Shown: positions 40,119 to 50,487 of the stretch, piece by piece | Layout of the letters: the number at the start of each line of letters is the position of its first letter | How positions within the stretch are numbered: position 1 is the first letter of the stretch | IMG/VR virus record: IMGVR_UViG_3300043436_004623 | Span: 17,298 to 81,297 of that record | Reading direction: 5' to 3' (one strand) | DNA: 64,000 nt | Source of the DNA: a virus | Taxonomy: Duplodnaviria > Caudoviricetes | Translations under genes and position numbers: made by a program | The notes under the pieces: generated by a model | Told to the model about the DNA's origin: nothing | Seen by the model: only the letters and a program-made list of their open reading frames with translations | Databases searched by the model: none

Positions 40119-40406
40119 TTATTTAAAAACAAAACTTACAGTATAATTATTAATTTCATCAGAAAAAGTTCTTAAACACTCATTTCCCTGATCTAATATT
40201 CTTTTGCGAATATAAGCTAATTTCGATTCATCAAAATGATTTGCAGTTGAAATTACAGAGTGATATTCTTCTGGAATATTATCATATAATTTTTTATAAT
40301 GATAATCGTGGTCCTGTTTCATATCTTCAACCATCATTAACATTTGTTTAAAAATGGCTGTAATTGACTGTTTTGACTTTTTTTCTAAAGAATTTTTAGC
40401 ATTCAT
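40119..40406 (-). CDS. Hypothetical protein
   Basis: ORF with AAGGA upstream, in line with the chaperone genes. Confidence 0.6.
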   Translation of the reverse strand: MNAKNSLEKKSKQSITAIFKQMLMMVEDMKQDHDYHYKKLYDNIPEEYHSVISTANHFDESKLAYIRKRILDQGNECLRTFSDEINNYTVSFVFK

Positions 40407-40451
40407 CCTTATACCTTAATAAATAATAAATAAAAAAGTGTAAATTTCAAT

Positions 40452-40910
40452 ATGCCAAGCTTAATTAATTTATCTAGACAAAATAAAGTGATCTCAGCCC
40501 TTGCTGATTTACATGATACATTTTCTAGAGAAATAACAGTATATAAGAATGCTAAAAAAATAGCTATATCCAGTTCTCCACAATATAATTCAATTTATGG
40601 AAATGCTGGAGCCGCCACAAGTATAGACTATGAAACAGTATCCTCTACATTTATGGCAAGAATTTATTATTTAAAATCAGAAGAAGAATATTTTGCAGAC
40701 AGTAGTAGCAACAAAGGCTCTCAAAATAAAATTATAATGCCACAAGGTTCTGTTAAAATTGTTGTAGATCCAGAAGGCTACCAGTACATTAAAGAAGCTA
40801 GAAAAGTAGAATTTGATGGCATAACTTTTTCAATTAGAAGCGATGGTAATCCAATGGGATTGTTTTCAAACCAATATTATGAATTCTTTTTAACACCAAT
40901 TGATGAATAA
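40452..40910 (+). CDS. Probable head-closure/stopper protein
   Basis: First gene of the plus-strand neck/tube operon; beta-rich C-terminus (ARKVEFDGITFSI). Confidence 0.5.
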   Translation: MPSLINLSRQNKVISALADLHDTFSREITVYKNAKKIAISSSPQYNSIYGNAGAATSIDYETVSSTFMARIYYLKSEEEYFADSSSNKGSQNKIIMPQGSVKIVVDPEGYQYIKEARKVEFDGITFSIRSDGNPMGLFSNQYYEFFLTPIDE

Positions 40911-41494
40911 TGGCTAGGCGACTTCCAGCAGATGTCCAAAAAATAATTGATTCTCAATCTCCAAAATTATTGAGAAAAGATTTTAATGATATAGTTCAAG
41001 ATAGATTTAATAAAATTAAAAACGAATTAATTCAAGAATTTTTAAACCATCCAGTTACGCAAGAGATTAAAGCTGGACCAAATGCAACCAACATTAGTGG
41101 TGCTTTAAATGGAAAAGGTAACTTATTTTCATTTATTGGTTTTTATGAAGGAGACGATCCAATACAAGATATTTTAAATATATTAGAATCTATAGAAGTA
41201 AGATTTATCAAAGATATTCAATCTGGAAATCAATTTTCTATTAATTTCCCCGAACCAAAAGACATATTTTCTGTTACACCGATGCCTTGGGCATCTGGAA
41301 GAAGTTGGGCTAGAGGGATAGAATCTGGAATATCTGGCCTTGGCTTTTATATGTTTAAAAAAAGTTCTCAAAGTAGATCGGGCGAAGCTATCCAAACAAG
41401 TGTAAGTATCAATAGCGTTAGATTTAAAAATACCGCTTATATATCTTCATTACTAGCAAAATATAAAAAACAATTTCTACTTTTAAATGATTGA
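40910..41494 (+). CDS. Probable neck/tail-completion protein
   Basis: Synteny; basic C-terminus (PWASGRSWARGIESG...SRSG). Confidence 0.45.
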   Translation: MARRLPADVQKIIDSQSPKLLRKDFNDIVQDRFNKIKNELIQEFLNHPVTQEIKAGPNATNISGALNGKGNLFSFIGFYEGDDPIQDILNILESIEVRFIKDIQSGNQFSINFPEPKDIFSVTPMPWASGRSWARGIESGISGLGFYMFKKSSQSRSGEAIQTSVSINSVRFKNTAYISSLLAKYKKQFLLLND

Positions 41495-42335
41495 ACAATT
41501 CCAACATAGGGCAACTACTTCATTTTTTCTTTGGTTTGATAACTACTTACTAAAGAAAGGGCAAGCATATTCCAATCAAACTGGCAAATTCTATTATTAT
41601 TCGGATGATCGCCTTGATAGCAGATATAAAGCTTTTGGAAGCCCATATAAACAATGGGTTACTGATAGTTCAATTGTTGGCGCTAATGTTCCAAGTGGAG
41701 TTTGGATTAATAATACATTCACTTCTCGTAGTAATAACTTGATGCTTGATTTTGAAAATGGTAGAGCTTTAGTTAGTGGAGTAGCTAATACCGCCAATAT
41801 AACTGGTAGTTTTGCAGTAAAAGATTTTAACATATACTTTACCAATGAAGGCGAAGAGGATCTTTTGGTTGACAAAAAATATAACTCAAATCCAAGAATC
41901 TTTAGTTCTGCTCAAAATTATGTTCAGCCTTATGATCAAGTAGTTCCAGCTATATTCTTATCTAGCGAATCTATAAACAATCAGCCATTTGCTTTTGGCG
42001 GGGAAGATACTACTAAAATATCTATGAAGGCCGTTGTTATGGCTGAAAATGCATATCAATTAGATGGAGCATTATCAATTTTTGCAGATTCACAAAATGA
42101 AGTAATCACAAACATTCCCTTTACTGGACATCCATTAAATGAATATGGAGATCTTAAAAATGGATCATATTCATATGAAACATTAAAAGTTCAAAATCAA
42201 AATAATCAACTATTCTTTATTGATGAAGTTATTACATCTAAACTTACAGATAAAGCTCGCAAAAGTTTAGCTAATGATTTATATGTTGGATTTATTGATT
42301 TTGAAATACATCAGCAAAGATATCCAAGAGCTTAA
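41487..42335 (+). CDS. Probable tail terminator/completion protein
   Basis: Directly precedes the major tail protein; PAIFLS...FAFGG motif. Confidence 0.45.
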   Translation: MIEQFQHRATTSFFLWFDNYLLKKGQAYSNQTGKFYYYSDDRLDSRYKAFGSPYKQWVTDSSIVGANVPSGVWINNTFTSRSNNLMLDFENGRALVSGVANTANITGSFAVKDFNIYFTNEGEEDLLVDKKYNSNPRIFSSAQNYVQPYDQVVPAIFLSSESINNQPFAFGGEDTTKISMKAVVMAENAYQLDGALSIFADSQNEVITNIPFTGHPLNEYGDLKNGSYSYETLKVQNQNNQLFFIDEVITSKLTDKARKSLANDLYVGFIDFEIHQQRYPRA

Positions 42336-42387
42336 AAATAATTTCTCATTTTAAAGATTAAAATGTAAAACTAATAAACTAAATATT

Positions 42388-43551
42388 ATGCCTAGAAACA
42401 GAGTAATTTATCAATCGGAAGCGCTTTATGTTAGTAGTGGAGCCAACTCAACAACAAGTGGTCATCACTATCAATTAGATAGAGTGCAAAGTGCAAACTA
42501 CAACTTCAATATCGCTCGTCAAGATATTAATCAATTCGGAGAATTAGCTCGTATTGACTCAATCGCTCTTGAATCACCAACAGTTTCACTTGATTTTTCA
42601 TACTATTTAACAGATGGAGCTAATGAAGCAGCTCTTGGATTTTATGTTCCAACTGGAGCTTCACAAACTCAAAGTCAGTTTCCATCTGGTCAATTAGTTG
42701 ATGGAAACAGCGGTCAAAACTTTTATATCGTAACAACTTCAGAAGGTTTTGATTTAAATGCTGAAACTGGACTTGCTGGAAGTGTTGCTAATGCTCTTTC
42801 TGGTAAGTCTGCAATTGGTATTGGTAATGCTTATCTTACTGACTATACTGTTGATTTGTCAGTTGGAAACATTCCTACTGTTTCAGTTTCATTTGAAGGT
42901 AGTAATATGAATGCATTCACCTTTACTTCTGGAAATAGCGGTCAATCTGCAGGAATCAATCTAGCTAGTGGAACAAAACTCGATAATCGAATTCAACTTG
43001 CACAACCAAATAGTCAAACTGGTTCTACAATTGTCAGCGCATTACGCCCAGGAGATGTAACTATATCATTTGGTAATTTTACTGGAGCAACTGGTATTGG
43101 TGGTTTTGCAGAATTAAGTCAGGCGAATGCCAGTGGTATTCATATACAAAGTGCAAGCCTTTCACTTCCTCTTGGACGTACTCCAATTGAAAGACTTGGT
43201 TCTAGATATGCATTTGCTCGTACTGTTGATTTCCCAATTAACGCTACTCTTAGTGTTAATGGTGTTCAAAATGACCTTAGTAGTGGAAGTCTTATTGATT
43301 TAATCAATAATAATCCTAAAGGCGACATTACAATCACTATTAATAAACCTACTACAATAGGATCAACAAGTGTACCTGCTGTAAGATATATAATGAAAAA
43401 TTCTCAACTTGATTCAGTTGGTTATTCAAGTTCGATTGGAGCAAATAAAACAATTGATTTAACATTCACCACTCAAATTGGTGGCGCTAATGATACAGTT
43501 AATGGTATTCAAATGAGTGGTAGCTATAGTGGAACGACAGTCTATAGTTAA
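42388..43551 (+). CDS. Major tail tube protein
   Basis: Ser/Gly/Thr-rich beta protein with an internally duplicated tube-like pattern (RVQSANYNFNIARQDINQFG / IQSASLSLPLGRTPIERLG); strong terminator follows. Confidence 0.8.
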   Translation: MPRNRVIYQSEALYVSSGANSTTSGHHYQLDRVQSANYNFNIARQDINQFGELARIDSIALESPTVSLDFSYYLTDGANEAALGFYVPTGASQTQSQFPSGQLVDGNSGQNFYIVTTSEGFDLNAETGLAGSVANALSGKSAIGIGNAYLTDYTVDLSVGNIPTVSVSFEGSNMNAFTFTSGNSGQSAGINLASGTKLDNRIQLAQPNSQTGSTIVSALRPGDVTISFGNFTGATGIGGFAELSQANASGIHIQSASLSLPLGRTPIERLGSRYAFARTVDFPINATLSVNGVQNDLSSGSLIDLINNNPKGDITITINKPTTIGSTSVPAVRYIMKNSQLDSVGYSSSIGANKTIDLTFTTQIGGANDTVNGIQMSGSYSGTTVYS

Positions 43552-43580
43552 TATTAACTTAAACCAAAAACCAAATAAAT

Positions 43581-43612
43581 AAAAAGAGGCTGAGAAATCA
43601 GCCTCTTTTTTT
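43581..43612. terminator. Bidirectional intrinsic terminator between convergent operons
   Basis: AAAAAGAGGCTGA-GAAA-TCAGCCTCTTTTT. Confidence 0.9.
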
Positions 43613-43635
43613 ATATATAAATTTAAATAAAAAAA

Positions 43636-44097
43636 TCAATAATAAATATCTAAGTTAGTTTCAATACCGCCCAACTGTAAAGGCTGCGATTGATATATAT
43701 TATATTTAGCCACAAGTTGGTTTAAACGCAACTCTGAATCGTCAGCCATACTCTTGTAGACCTTCGCCACTTCATTCTTATTAGTGAATGTCACGGCGCT
43801 ATTGCCATCTCTAAGGCTTAATATATCACCTCCACCGCCGTTAGACTCGACTAACCCTCTTAATGCATTTCTAGACTGCTTTCTGTAGTAACTAGCCAAA
43901 TATAACTCCTTATAGATAGCTTGCGACTCTAGATCAAGTTCAGCATTTGAACCATTATAAGAAGTATTTAATAAAGTATTTAACTGTCCAAGGTTAGCAT
44001 CTAACCATCCTGAAATATGAGAGCGTGGCATGATGCCAGTATCACTATCAAATTCTGTCTGAAATATTTTTAAAGATAAATCCGCAATTACACTCAT
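43636..44097 (-). CDS. Probable head-tail connector
   Basis: Small helical protein downstream of the capsid gene; GTGTAA 8 nt upstream. Confidence 0.5.
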   Translation of the reverse strand: MSVIADLSLKIFQTEFDSDTGIMPRSHISGWLDANLGQLNTLLNTSYNGSNAELDLESQAIYKELYLASYYRKQSRNALRGLVESNGGGGDILSLRDGNSAVTFTNKNEVAKVYKSMADDSELRLNQLVAKYNIYQSQPLQLGGIETNLDIYY

Positions 44098-44111
44098 ACT
44101 ATATATTACAC

Positions 44112-44564
44112 TTAAATATCATTAAGTATTTTAAGTAATTGTTTATGTTTTGGATTATTTGGATCAATTTTAAAGCTCTCCATCATAGTGGGCATAATAT
44201 TTCTACGACTATTGCGCGTCGAGGCTTTAAATTCTTTTATAAGAATATTCTTTAATGTCACTTGGTCATGAAATGGATTAAGACCAACTTTCTGAGCAAC
44301 TTTTTGCATCTCAGATAGAGACATTTGCTTTAAATTCTCTTCAAAAACCTCTAATTCATTTGTTCCAAATGGACTGATTTCAGATACGCCAAGTAAAACT
44401 TCAAGTTCTCTCATTTTAGTAACAAATTCTGGAGTTCCTACTTGACCAGAAGCTCTCATTTCATCAATTTCCTGCACTAAGGTTTTCTTTTGTGTTGAAC
44501 CAATAGCAACATTATTAACTTGCTCTAAACCATTAGTAATTTCAATTTTCTTTTTTCTAGCCAT
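44112..44564 (-). CDS. Hypothetical head-associated protein
   Basis: ORF between capsid terminator and connector. Confidence 0.6.
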   Translation of the reverse strand: MARKKKIEITNGLEQVNNVAIGSTQKKTLVQEIDEMRASGQVGTPEFVTKMRELEVLLGVSEISPFGTNELEVFEENLKQMSLSEMQKVAQKVGLNPFHDQVTLKNILIKEFKASTRNSRRNIMPTMMESFKIDPNNPKHKQLLKILNDI

Positions 44565-44598
44565 ATTATATTATACTTATAATAACTGAAATTTAAAC

Positions 44599-44633
44599 AA
44601 AAAAAAAGAGCCACCCCTTTCGGGGTGACTCTT
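44599..44633 (-). terminator. Intrinsic terminator after the major capsid gene
   Basis: Minus strand AAGAGTCACCCC-GAAA-GGGGTGGCTCTT followed by a long T-tract. Confidence 0.9.
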
Positions 44634-44649
44634 AAATTTATAGATCGAA

Positions 44650-45771
44650 TTAGGCGAGGCCAGAAACAATCTTACCAACGAGGGCGCGATTGTCAAGAAC
44701 CATACGTCCTTCTTCAAGTGAACCAAAGTAACCGATCTTGTTCTGACGGATGCTGTACTGATCATCAGCTGTGAGGCTGAATTCAGAACCATTCTCAGAA
44801 TCAACGGCAACTGCACGGATAAGTGACTCGCGTCCACGATCAAGACCAATGATGATTTCTTCATTAGCGCCATTGAATGCGCCAGGATTACCACCAGCGG
44901 CGGTTGTATAGCTTTGTGAAGAAACGTTATCAAAGATTGTGTTGAAACGCTGACCACGGCCAAGCTCATTGATTTCCATGATAGCAACTCCATAAAACTC
45001 AGGGATACCTGCGTTGTTATAAACAGCTGTTCTCATTTCGTCGGTAGCTGGGATATCAGTCTTTGTTCCAACGGTGTTGATTGGGTTATAAGCCATTGCA
45101 CGAAGCTCTTGAACAACTTCTGGAGAAACAATGAGGTCAGTGATACCACGTCCACCACGTGCTTCTGGAGTTCCTTTGAGCCATGAGGTGTTGATTCTCT
45201 TGGAAAGGGTGAAGAGTTCGTTAAGGTCAGCAAGAAGGAAACGGCCATTTGTATTGGCGCGTTGTACGTGTTGCTTACCATTTGTTTGAGCAGCGGCAAG
45301 TGCGCTGAGGATAAGGTTAGCAGAAGTCTTCTCTTGCTTAAGAAGGATTTCTTGAGCCATACGAGTAAAGGTCTTGCTAACTACATCCATGCGGCTCTTA
45401 GCAGCATAACGCTTATCAAAGCTAAGTGCTGAGTCAAGGCTATATGTAGCAATCTTCATTTCAGAAACAGTTGGAAGAACTTGGTTCTGTGGAAGACCAC
45501 CAGCTACGCTTTGGCTGTAAACGGTGATATAATCTTCAGCTGTGATGTCATAATAGAGATCAAGCGGAATACTTGGATTGTCATCAGCATTAAACTGAAG
45601 ACTCGTGAATAAGTTACTAAGGGTTGGAGCGTTGTTGATGACTTCAGCCAATACTGGTCCGATGAATTCAGCAAGCGCAACCTGAGCTTCAACTGCAACC
45701 GCACGGTTCTTTGAAGCCATAGCCTTAATTAACTCAACTTGTTCTGGAGTTCTTTTTAAAGTAATTTTCAT
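44650..45771 (-). CDS. Major capsid protein (HK97 fold inferred)
   Basis: 373 aa after protease/scaffold and decoration genes; ITDLIVSPE motif; codon usage of a highly expressed gene; strong terminator. Confidence 0.8.
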   Translation of the reverse strand: MKITLKRTPEQVELIKAMASKNRAVAVEAQVALAEFIGPVLAEVINNAPTLSNLFTSLQFNADDNPSIPLDLYYDITAEDYITVYSQSVAGGLPQNQVLPTVSEMKIATYSLDSALSFDKRYAAKSRMDVVSKTFTRMAQEILLKQEKTSANLILSALAAAQTNGKQHVQRANTNGRFLLADLNELFTLSKRINTSWLKGTPEARGGRGITDLIVSPEVVQELRAMAYNPINTVGTKTDIPATDEMRTAVYNNAGIPEFYGVAIMEINELGRGQRFNTIFDNVSSQSYTTAAGGNPGAFNGANEEIIIGLDRGRESLIRAVAVDSENGSEFSLTADDQYSIRQNKIGYFGSLEEGRMVLDNRALVGKIVSGLA

Positions 45772-45798
45772 ATTTTTTTCTGTTATTAAGGGGTTAAA

Positions 45799-46434
45799 TT
45801 ATAAGCCAAGACCAATGATTGCATAGCTTCCTGTTGATCCAGCAGCACCTGCGAATTGATCGATTGCTGTAGATGCAACACGTGAGCCAGTAGCGATAAC
45901 GAGTCCAACTCTTGATGCGTCTACAACTGAACAACCTGTGAGTTTACCACTTGTTGTGGAAAGTCTTACGCCACTGCCAACTGCGAGTGCGCCATCATAA
46001 GCTGTACTTGTTAAAGTGAATACTCCGCGAGTAGCAACTGGAACGGCTTGCCCTGGAAGTACGCACATAAGCTCTTCAGCTTTTTGTGGGTAATAGAGAA
46101 GCTTTTCTCCGTTTTCATCGAATCTTGCGGTTTGACGAAGTGTCATGCCAAAGCAAGCTGTGCCTGAAACGGCTGGCCTGACTGTAAGGCTGACTCTTGG
46201 ATATTGATTAACTCCAACGAATGGATAATTGGTGTTACCAAGATAGGAACTGTATGTGCTATCATAAGTAATTGCATCAAGATTAAGATTGCCAACGTCT
46301 GTTGTTACAAAAACGCCAGCATCTCCGAAACTTGAACCAGTTACGTTTTCATTAACAAAAGTATCGCTAAGAGCGAACATGTTAATGACATCGTTTTCGT
46401 CGTATTGTCTGAATGGTAATGTTCTAAGTGCCAT
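45799..46434 (-). CDS. Capsid decoration/cement protein
   Basis: Between scaffold and capsid; GQAVPVATRGVF...GKL beta-tulip-like pattern. Confidence 0.65.
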   Translation of the reverse strand: MALRTLPFRQYDENDVINMFALSDTFVNENVTGSSFGDAGVFVTTDVGNLNLDAITYDSTYSSYLGNTNYPFVGVNQYPRVSLTVRPAVSGTACFGMTLRQTARFDENGEKLLYYPQKAEELMCVLPGQAVPVATRGVFTLTSTAYDGALAVGSGVRLSTTSGKLTGCSVVDASRVGLVIATGSRVASTAIDQFAGAAGSTGSYAIIGLGL

Positions 46435-46465
46435 ATATTTTTTTCTTTGTTAGATTGTTTTTTTA

Positions 46466-48040
46466 TTAGGAAATGATGATATTTTCACGATTGAAAGCTG
46501 CTGCAAACTTATCACGCAAAGAAGCAGGTTGGCGCGAAGACTCTTCATTTGAACTGGAAATACCAGCTTCTGAAACTTCTGAGTTTTCGATAGCCTCTTT
46601 GATTACTTCTTCTTCTGATTCAGGTTCTACAGAAGCTTTTGATTCTTGCATTTTAGCAAGCTTCTTAGCAACTTCTTCATCAATCTTATCTTGGATTGAT
46701 TTTTCGATAGCTGCTTTAGCTTCTTTATTCTTGTGTTTCCACATGATGGAAAGTTTGTTTTGGAATGAAGCAAATGCTTCTTCTGTTTCACTAAGCTCTT
46801 TTAGCTCTTGAGCTAAAAGTTGACGATCTTCATCATCAAGATCGTATGATTGGTCAACAGATTCCATGCGAGCGTTGAAACGAGCAAGTGCTTCATCAGC
46901 TTTTTTGGAAGCTTCAAACTCAGTAAGCTTTTCACTTGCGTCAGCAAGTTGCTTACGAATTTCTTCCATGGAAGCCTTGAGTTCTTCTCTTTCTTTTGCT
47001 AAAGCTTCTTTTTCTTCATCAGCCTTAGTAAGAGATTCGCGGTATTCTGTATCTTTTTGCTTAATAGCGTCAGCAAATGTGCTGGTCATATTAGCAACAG
47101 CTTCTTCAGAAAATTTCTTTTCAACGAGAAGATCCTTCAATTCGGAAAGTACTTGTTCAATATCCATAATGATTTCTTTTTTGTTTTTTACATTAATATT
47201 TTTATATTGTGAAATTTTTGACTCAACTTTTTCAGTTAATTCAGGTTTTTTGATCTGAAAATATGTTTTTTTATCTCTTTTATCTTTTATTTCTACATTT
47301 GAAGATTCATCTTGTGAAGAATAAAGCCCTTTAACATCTGCAGCTGGAGTGGTTGTAAATCCAATTCCAAGGGGATATATATCACCTCTTAATAATCTAT
47401 AAACTTTAGAACCATCATCTAATTTTCCAGAACCACCATAAGCTCTAAGTTTAGCTCTCATTTCTTCAAAGTGTTTTGGATTTTTTATAATCTCAGTGTC
47501 TTTAAGATCATTACCACCAACAGCGATAACATAATCACTAAATCCAACTTCCCAACTTGTAGATATATGTTGATATAATGAGTCGTTAGAATCAACAGAT
47601 CTTTCTATTAATTTTGCAAAATCTTTATTAGCGTACTTATAAACAACCGCTCCAAGTGAAATATTAAATGGATCTACGCGATCTTTAATTTCTTCTACTG
47701 AAAGCATTTTGTTATCATTTCCATATTCGCTAAAACCAGCAGATACAATATGACCCACGATTTTACTTTTTTCGTGTTCAATATTTGTTGGTTTATGGAT
47801 AAAGTTTTTAACAACTCTAGCGGCTGTTTCAGAATCCATGCCGTCATCATTTTTATTAAATTTATTCACTACGGCTGCATTAAAAGCAACTCCAAGTAAA
47901 TCAATGTTTTCTGAAAAATCTATATCTTGTGGAATTAATGGTTTTAAATTCTCTAAAGACGCTTTAGAAATAAATGTTTCATCACCAATTACGCAAGAAT
48001 ATATTGGGGCTTCAAATTTTGTGGTGTACTTATATTTCAT
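46466..48040 (-). CDS. Prohead protease fused to scaffolding coiled coil
   Basis: NKNDDG...KPTNIEH...STSWEVGF N-terminal protease-like domain; long E/K/A coiled-coil C-terminus. Confidence 0.75.
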   Translation of the reverse strand: MKYKYTTKFEAPIYSCVIGDETFISKASLENLKPLIPQDIDFSENIDLLGVAFNAAVVNKFNKNDDGMDSETAARVVKNFIHKPTNIEHEKSKIVGHIVSAGFSEYGNDNKMLSVEEIKDRVDPFNISLGAVVYKYANKDFAKLIERSVDSNDSLYQHISTSWEVGFSDYVIAVGGNDLKDTEIIKNPKHFEEMRAKLRAYGGSGKLDDGSKVYRLLRGDIYPLGIGFTTTPAADVKGLYSSQDESSNVEIKDKRDKKTYFQIKKPELTEKVESKISQYKNINVKNKKEIIMDIEQVLSELKDLLVEKKFSEEAVANMTSTFADAIKQKDTEYRESLTKADEEKEALAKEREELKASMEEIRKQLADASEKLTEFEASKKADEALARFNARMESVDQSYDLDDEDRQLLAQELKELSETEEAFASFQNKLSIMWKHKNKEAKAAIEKSIQDKIDEEVAKKLAKMQESKASVEPESEEEVIKEAIENSEVSEAGISSSNEESSRQPASLRDKFAAAFNRENIIIS

Positions 48041-48049
48041 ATTTAAAAA

Positions 48050-48445
48050 TTAATCTTCTCCTTCTTCCATTTCCTCCTCTTCTTCAGTTTCTTCATTTTC
48101 ATGAGAAGCTGGATCTGAAGATTTATCCATTTTTTCAAGGATTTTTTTCTGAAGCGCTGGTGGAAGTTTCTTTTGCTCTGGTGTTAATTCTCCAGAATCA
48201 CTTTCTTCCATGAGCATAGCTTGCATTTTATCAAATTGAACCATACAAGCTTTCATTGTTGATTCATCGTCCATATCGGTTGTATCAACAAGAGCCTTAT
48301 CATCCGAAGCGCAAGCACTCATAAATGATTTATACATAACAGCTTTTTTATCTGCCATTTTTGAAAGAGAGATTTGCATTTCTCCGTTTTTAACTTCCAC
48401 TGTTTTTTCAAGTGGCACTTTAATGTCTTCTGGATTAATTTTCAT
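48050..48445 (-). CDS. Acidic, Met-rich hypothetical protein
   Basis: ORF between portal and protease. Confidence 0.6.
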   Translation of the reverse strand: MKINPEDIKVPLEKTVEVKNGEMQISLSKMADKKAVMYKSFMSACASDDKALVDTTDMDDESTMKACMVQFDKMQAMLMEESDSGELTPEQKKLPPALQKKILEKMDKSSDPASHENEETEEEEEMEEGED

Positions 48446-50441
48446 TTATTTTTTTAGAGTGATATAAAATTGCTGCTGAATAATCATCTTCTAATTGATG
48501 CTCTGCCAATATAGATAAAATATCTGGCATAGTATTTAACGAAGCTATATTATCAAAATTATTTACACAAGAATTCGCTACCGATTCCCAAGTTTCTATT
48601 TCATTGGAAACAACTACAGCTTCACATAATTTATTAAGCATAGCCTCTTGCTGCTCATTAAACTTTTTAATATTAAGTTTTTTCTTTAAAGAATTTGATA
48701 TTGAAGCGCGAGTTTTTTCTATTCTTTTAACGGTGGATTGAATTCCTTTAACTGAATAGTTTCCTTTAACAAGTGGAATTCCTGTAGTTCCTTCTGGTCT
48801 ACCAGCAACTTTATTAGTGGTATTTTTTTGAACTTGTTCTTGTCCATCTCCACCTGGCGCAATCAAAGGAACTCCCCCAACCAGTGGATTATAATAACCT
48901 TCTTTTCTTTCTTCATTGAAAGTATTTTGCGCTGGAGATATTTCTTTTGCTTGTGGAAATTGACCTGTGTGGAACATATCCATACCTTGCTGTGGAGTAA
49001 GAACTCCAAGTTCCATAAGTCTTGTTGTTATGCGCATGAGTTGAGTTTGGTCTCTCATATCAACATCACGGAATTTTGCAGTAGGGAAAGATCTAAATCC
49101 TAATTCCTTAGCAATTCTATTAATCTCAACTTGAAGAAAATCATTTAAAAATGCGTTTCTCGATTCTTTTAATCTGTCAACAAATATTTGAGCTTTAACT
49201 TCTGTTGCGCTATATTTCTCTTCACCAATAACTATATTTTGAAGACCTTGTTTAATATCTTCATTTAAAACTTGATATTTTTCAGACCCTAAAACCTTTC
49301 CTAAATCTGGAATAACAAATTCTGCTTTTGTTGTATAATCAGAAACTAAAACTCTACCAACACTTTCGTTTTTAAACAAACTTTGCATGGCAGATAAATT
49401 TTGAGCATTAATACCGCCTTTTTCTGGTTCAGCTCCCATTGTTATCAATAAAATAACATTTTCTACTGTACGGGTAATGGCTTGATCCATTTTCTTCAAT
49501 TCCATTTTAGCATTGATATCCTCAAGAACTGGATATCCAAAAGGAACAGCAAATGGTTCGTAGTCTTGTTTTTTATAAAATGAGTAAGTTAACTTTTTAG
49601 GATCAAGCTCTATTTTTAATCCATCTGTATAGTACGCACCCTTTTTAATATCTTTTTTGACGGCAGATGGCATCGCATCTAAAATTTCTTTATCCTCTTC
49701 TGTGATTGGATTTTGAAGTCTTGCTAACTCATATTCAGATAAAATTTTCTCATATGCTCCTGTAGCAAAAGTAGAACTTCTTTTTGCCACAATATCAAAT
49801 GGATTAAGAACAATATACTTAAGAGGTATTTTATTATCTCCCAAAACTCCTATTTGGCTAACTAATTTAGCAAAATCATCTGCTTTAAACTTGCCATCTA
49901 CTCTATATAAAAATACATTACCACTTCTATAATATTCTCTAAAATATTGATCTCTAAGATTCCATAATTTAATCTTTTTAAACCATTCTGTAAAAAAATC
50001 TCTACTTTTTTGAGTACCACCTTCAAGATAAATTTCTGTATTGGCAAATTCAGACATAATGTCTATAGCATTCCTGAATACTGAAACATTAGCATAGGCT
50101 TTTTGGCAAAGCTCAATAGCTTCACGAACGTTAACACCATCCATGGCGTAGTTATATGGAAGCAACCCATTTCTAATGCTTCCAAACCTATCTGTGGTTG
50201 AAGTCATCGCGGCTACATTTTTCCTAGACCCAGTAGGACTTTCTCCATTCCTGCGAGAATATGAAGCTTTGCTGAAAATTAATTCTTTAGTGCTTGATGT
50301 GGCATTAGATACATAAAATGGCTCTCCACATAATTGCGGCTCATAACCTTCTATTTGTTGTTGACTTATTGGATCTTGTACTTTATTAAATTTTGTCCAA
50401 TAATCTGACTTTTTATTATAATGTCTTTTTGAGCCGCTCAT
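48435..50441 (-). CDS. Portal protein
   Basis: 668 aa immediately after the terminase; VFRNAIDIMSEF, FREYYRSGNVFLY. Confidence 0.8.
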   Translation of the reverse strand: MSGSKRHYNKKSDYWTKFNKVQDPISQQQIEGYEPQLCGEPFYVSNATSSTKELIFSKASYSRRNGESPTGSRKNVAAMTSTTDRFGSIRNGLLPYNYAMDGVNVREAIELCQKAYANVSVFRNAIDIMSEFANTEIYLEGGTQKSRDFFTEWFKKIKLWNLRDQYFREYYRSGNVFLYRVDGKFKADDFAKLVSQIGVLGDNKIPLKYIVLNPFDIVAKRSSTFATGAYEKILSEYELARLQNPITEEDKEILDAMPSAVKKDIKKGAYYTDGLKIELDPKKLTYSFYKKQDYEPFAVPFGYPVLEDINAKMELKKMDQAITRTVENVILLITMGAEPEKGGINAQNLSAMQSLFKNESVGRVLVSDYTTKAEFVIPDLGKVLGSEKYQVLNEDIKQGLQNIVIGEEKYSATEVKAQIFVDRLKESRNAFLNDFLQVEINRIAKELGFRSFPTAKFRDVDMRDQTQLMRITTRLMELGVLTPQQGMDMFHTGQFPQAKEISPAQNTFNEERKEGYYNPLVGGVPLIAPGGDGQEQVQKNTTNKVAGRPEGTTGIPLVKGNYSVKGIQSTVKRIEKTRASISNSLKKKLNIKKFNEQQEAMLNKLCEAVVVSNEIETWESVANSCVNNFDNIASLNTMPDILSILAEHQLEDDYSAAILYHSKKINEN

Positions 50442-50487
50442 ACTTTTACTATTTTACACAGAAATGTTAAAAAGTTAACTTTAAAAG

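Noticed and set aside
44577-47258. Plus-strand ORFs antisense to the capsid and scaffold genes
   Set aside because: Expected by-products of strong codon bias on the coding strand; no independent signals
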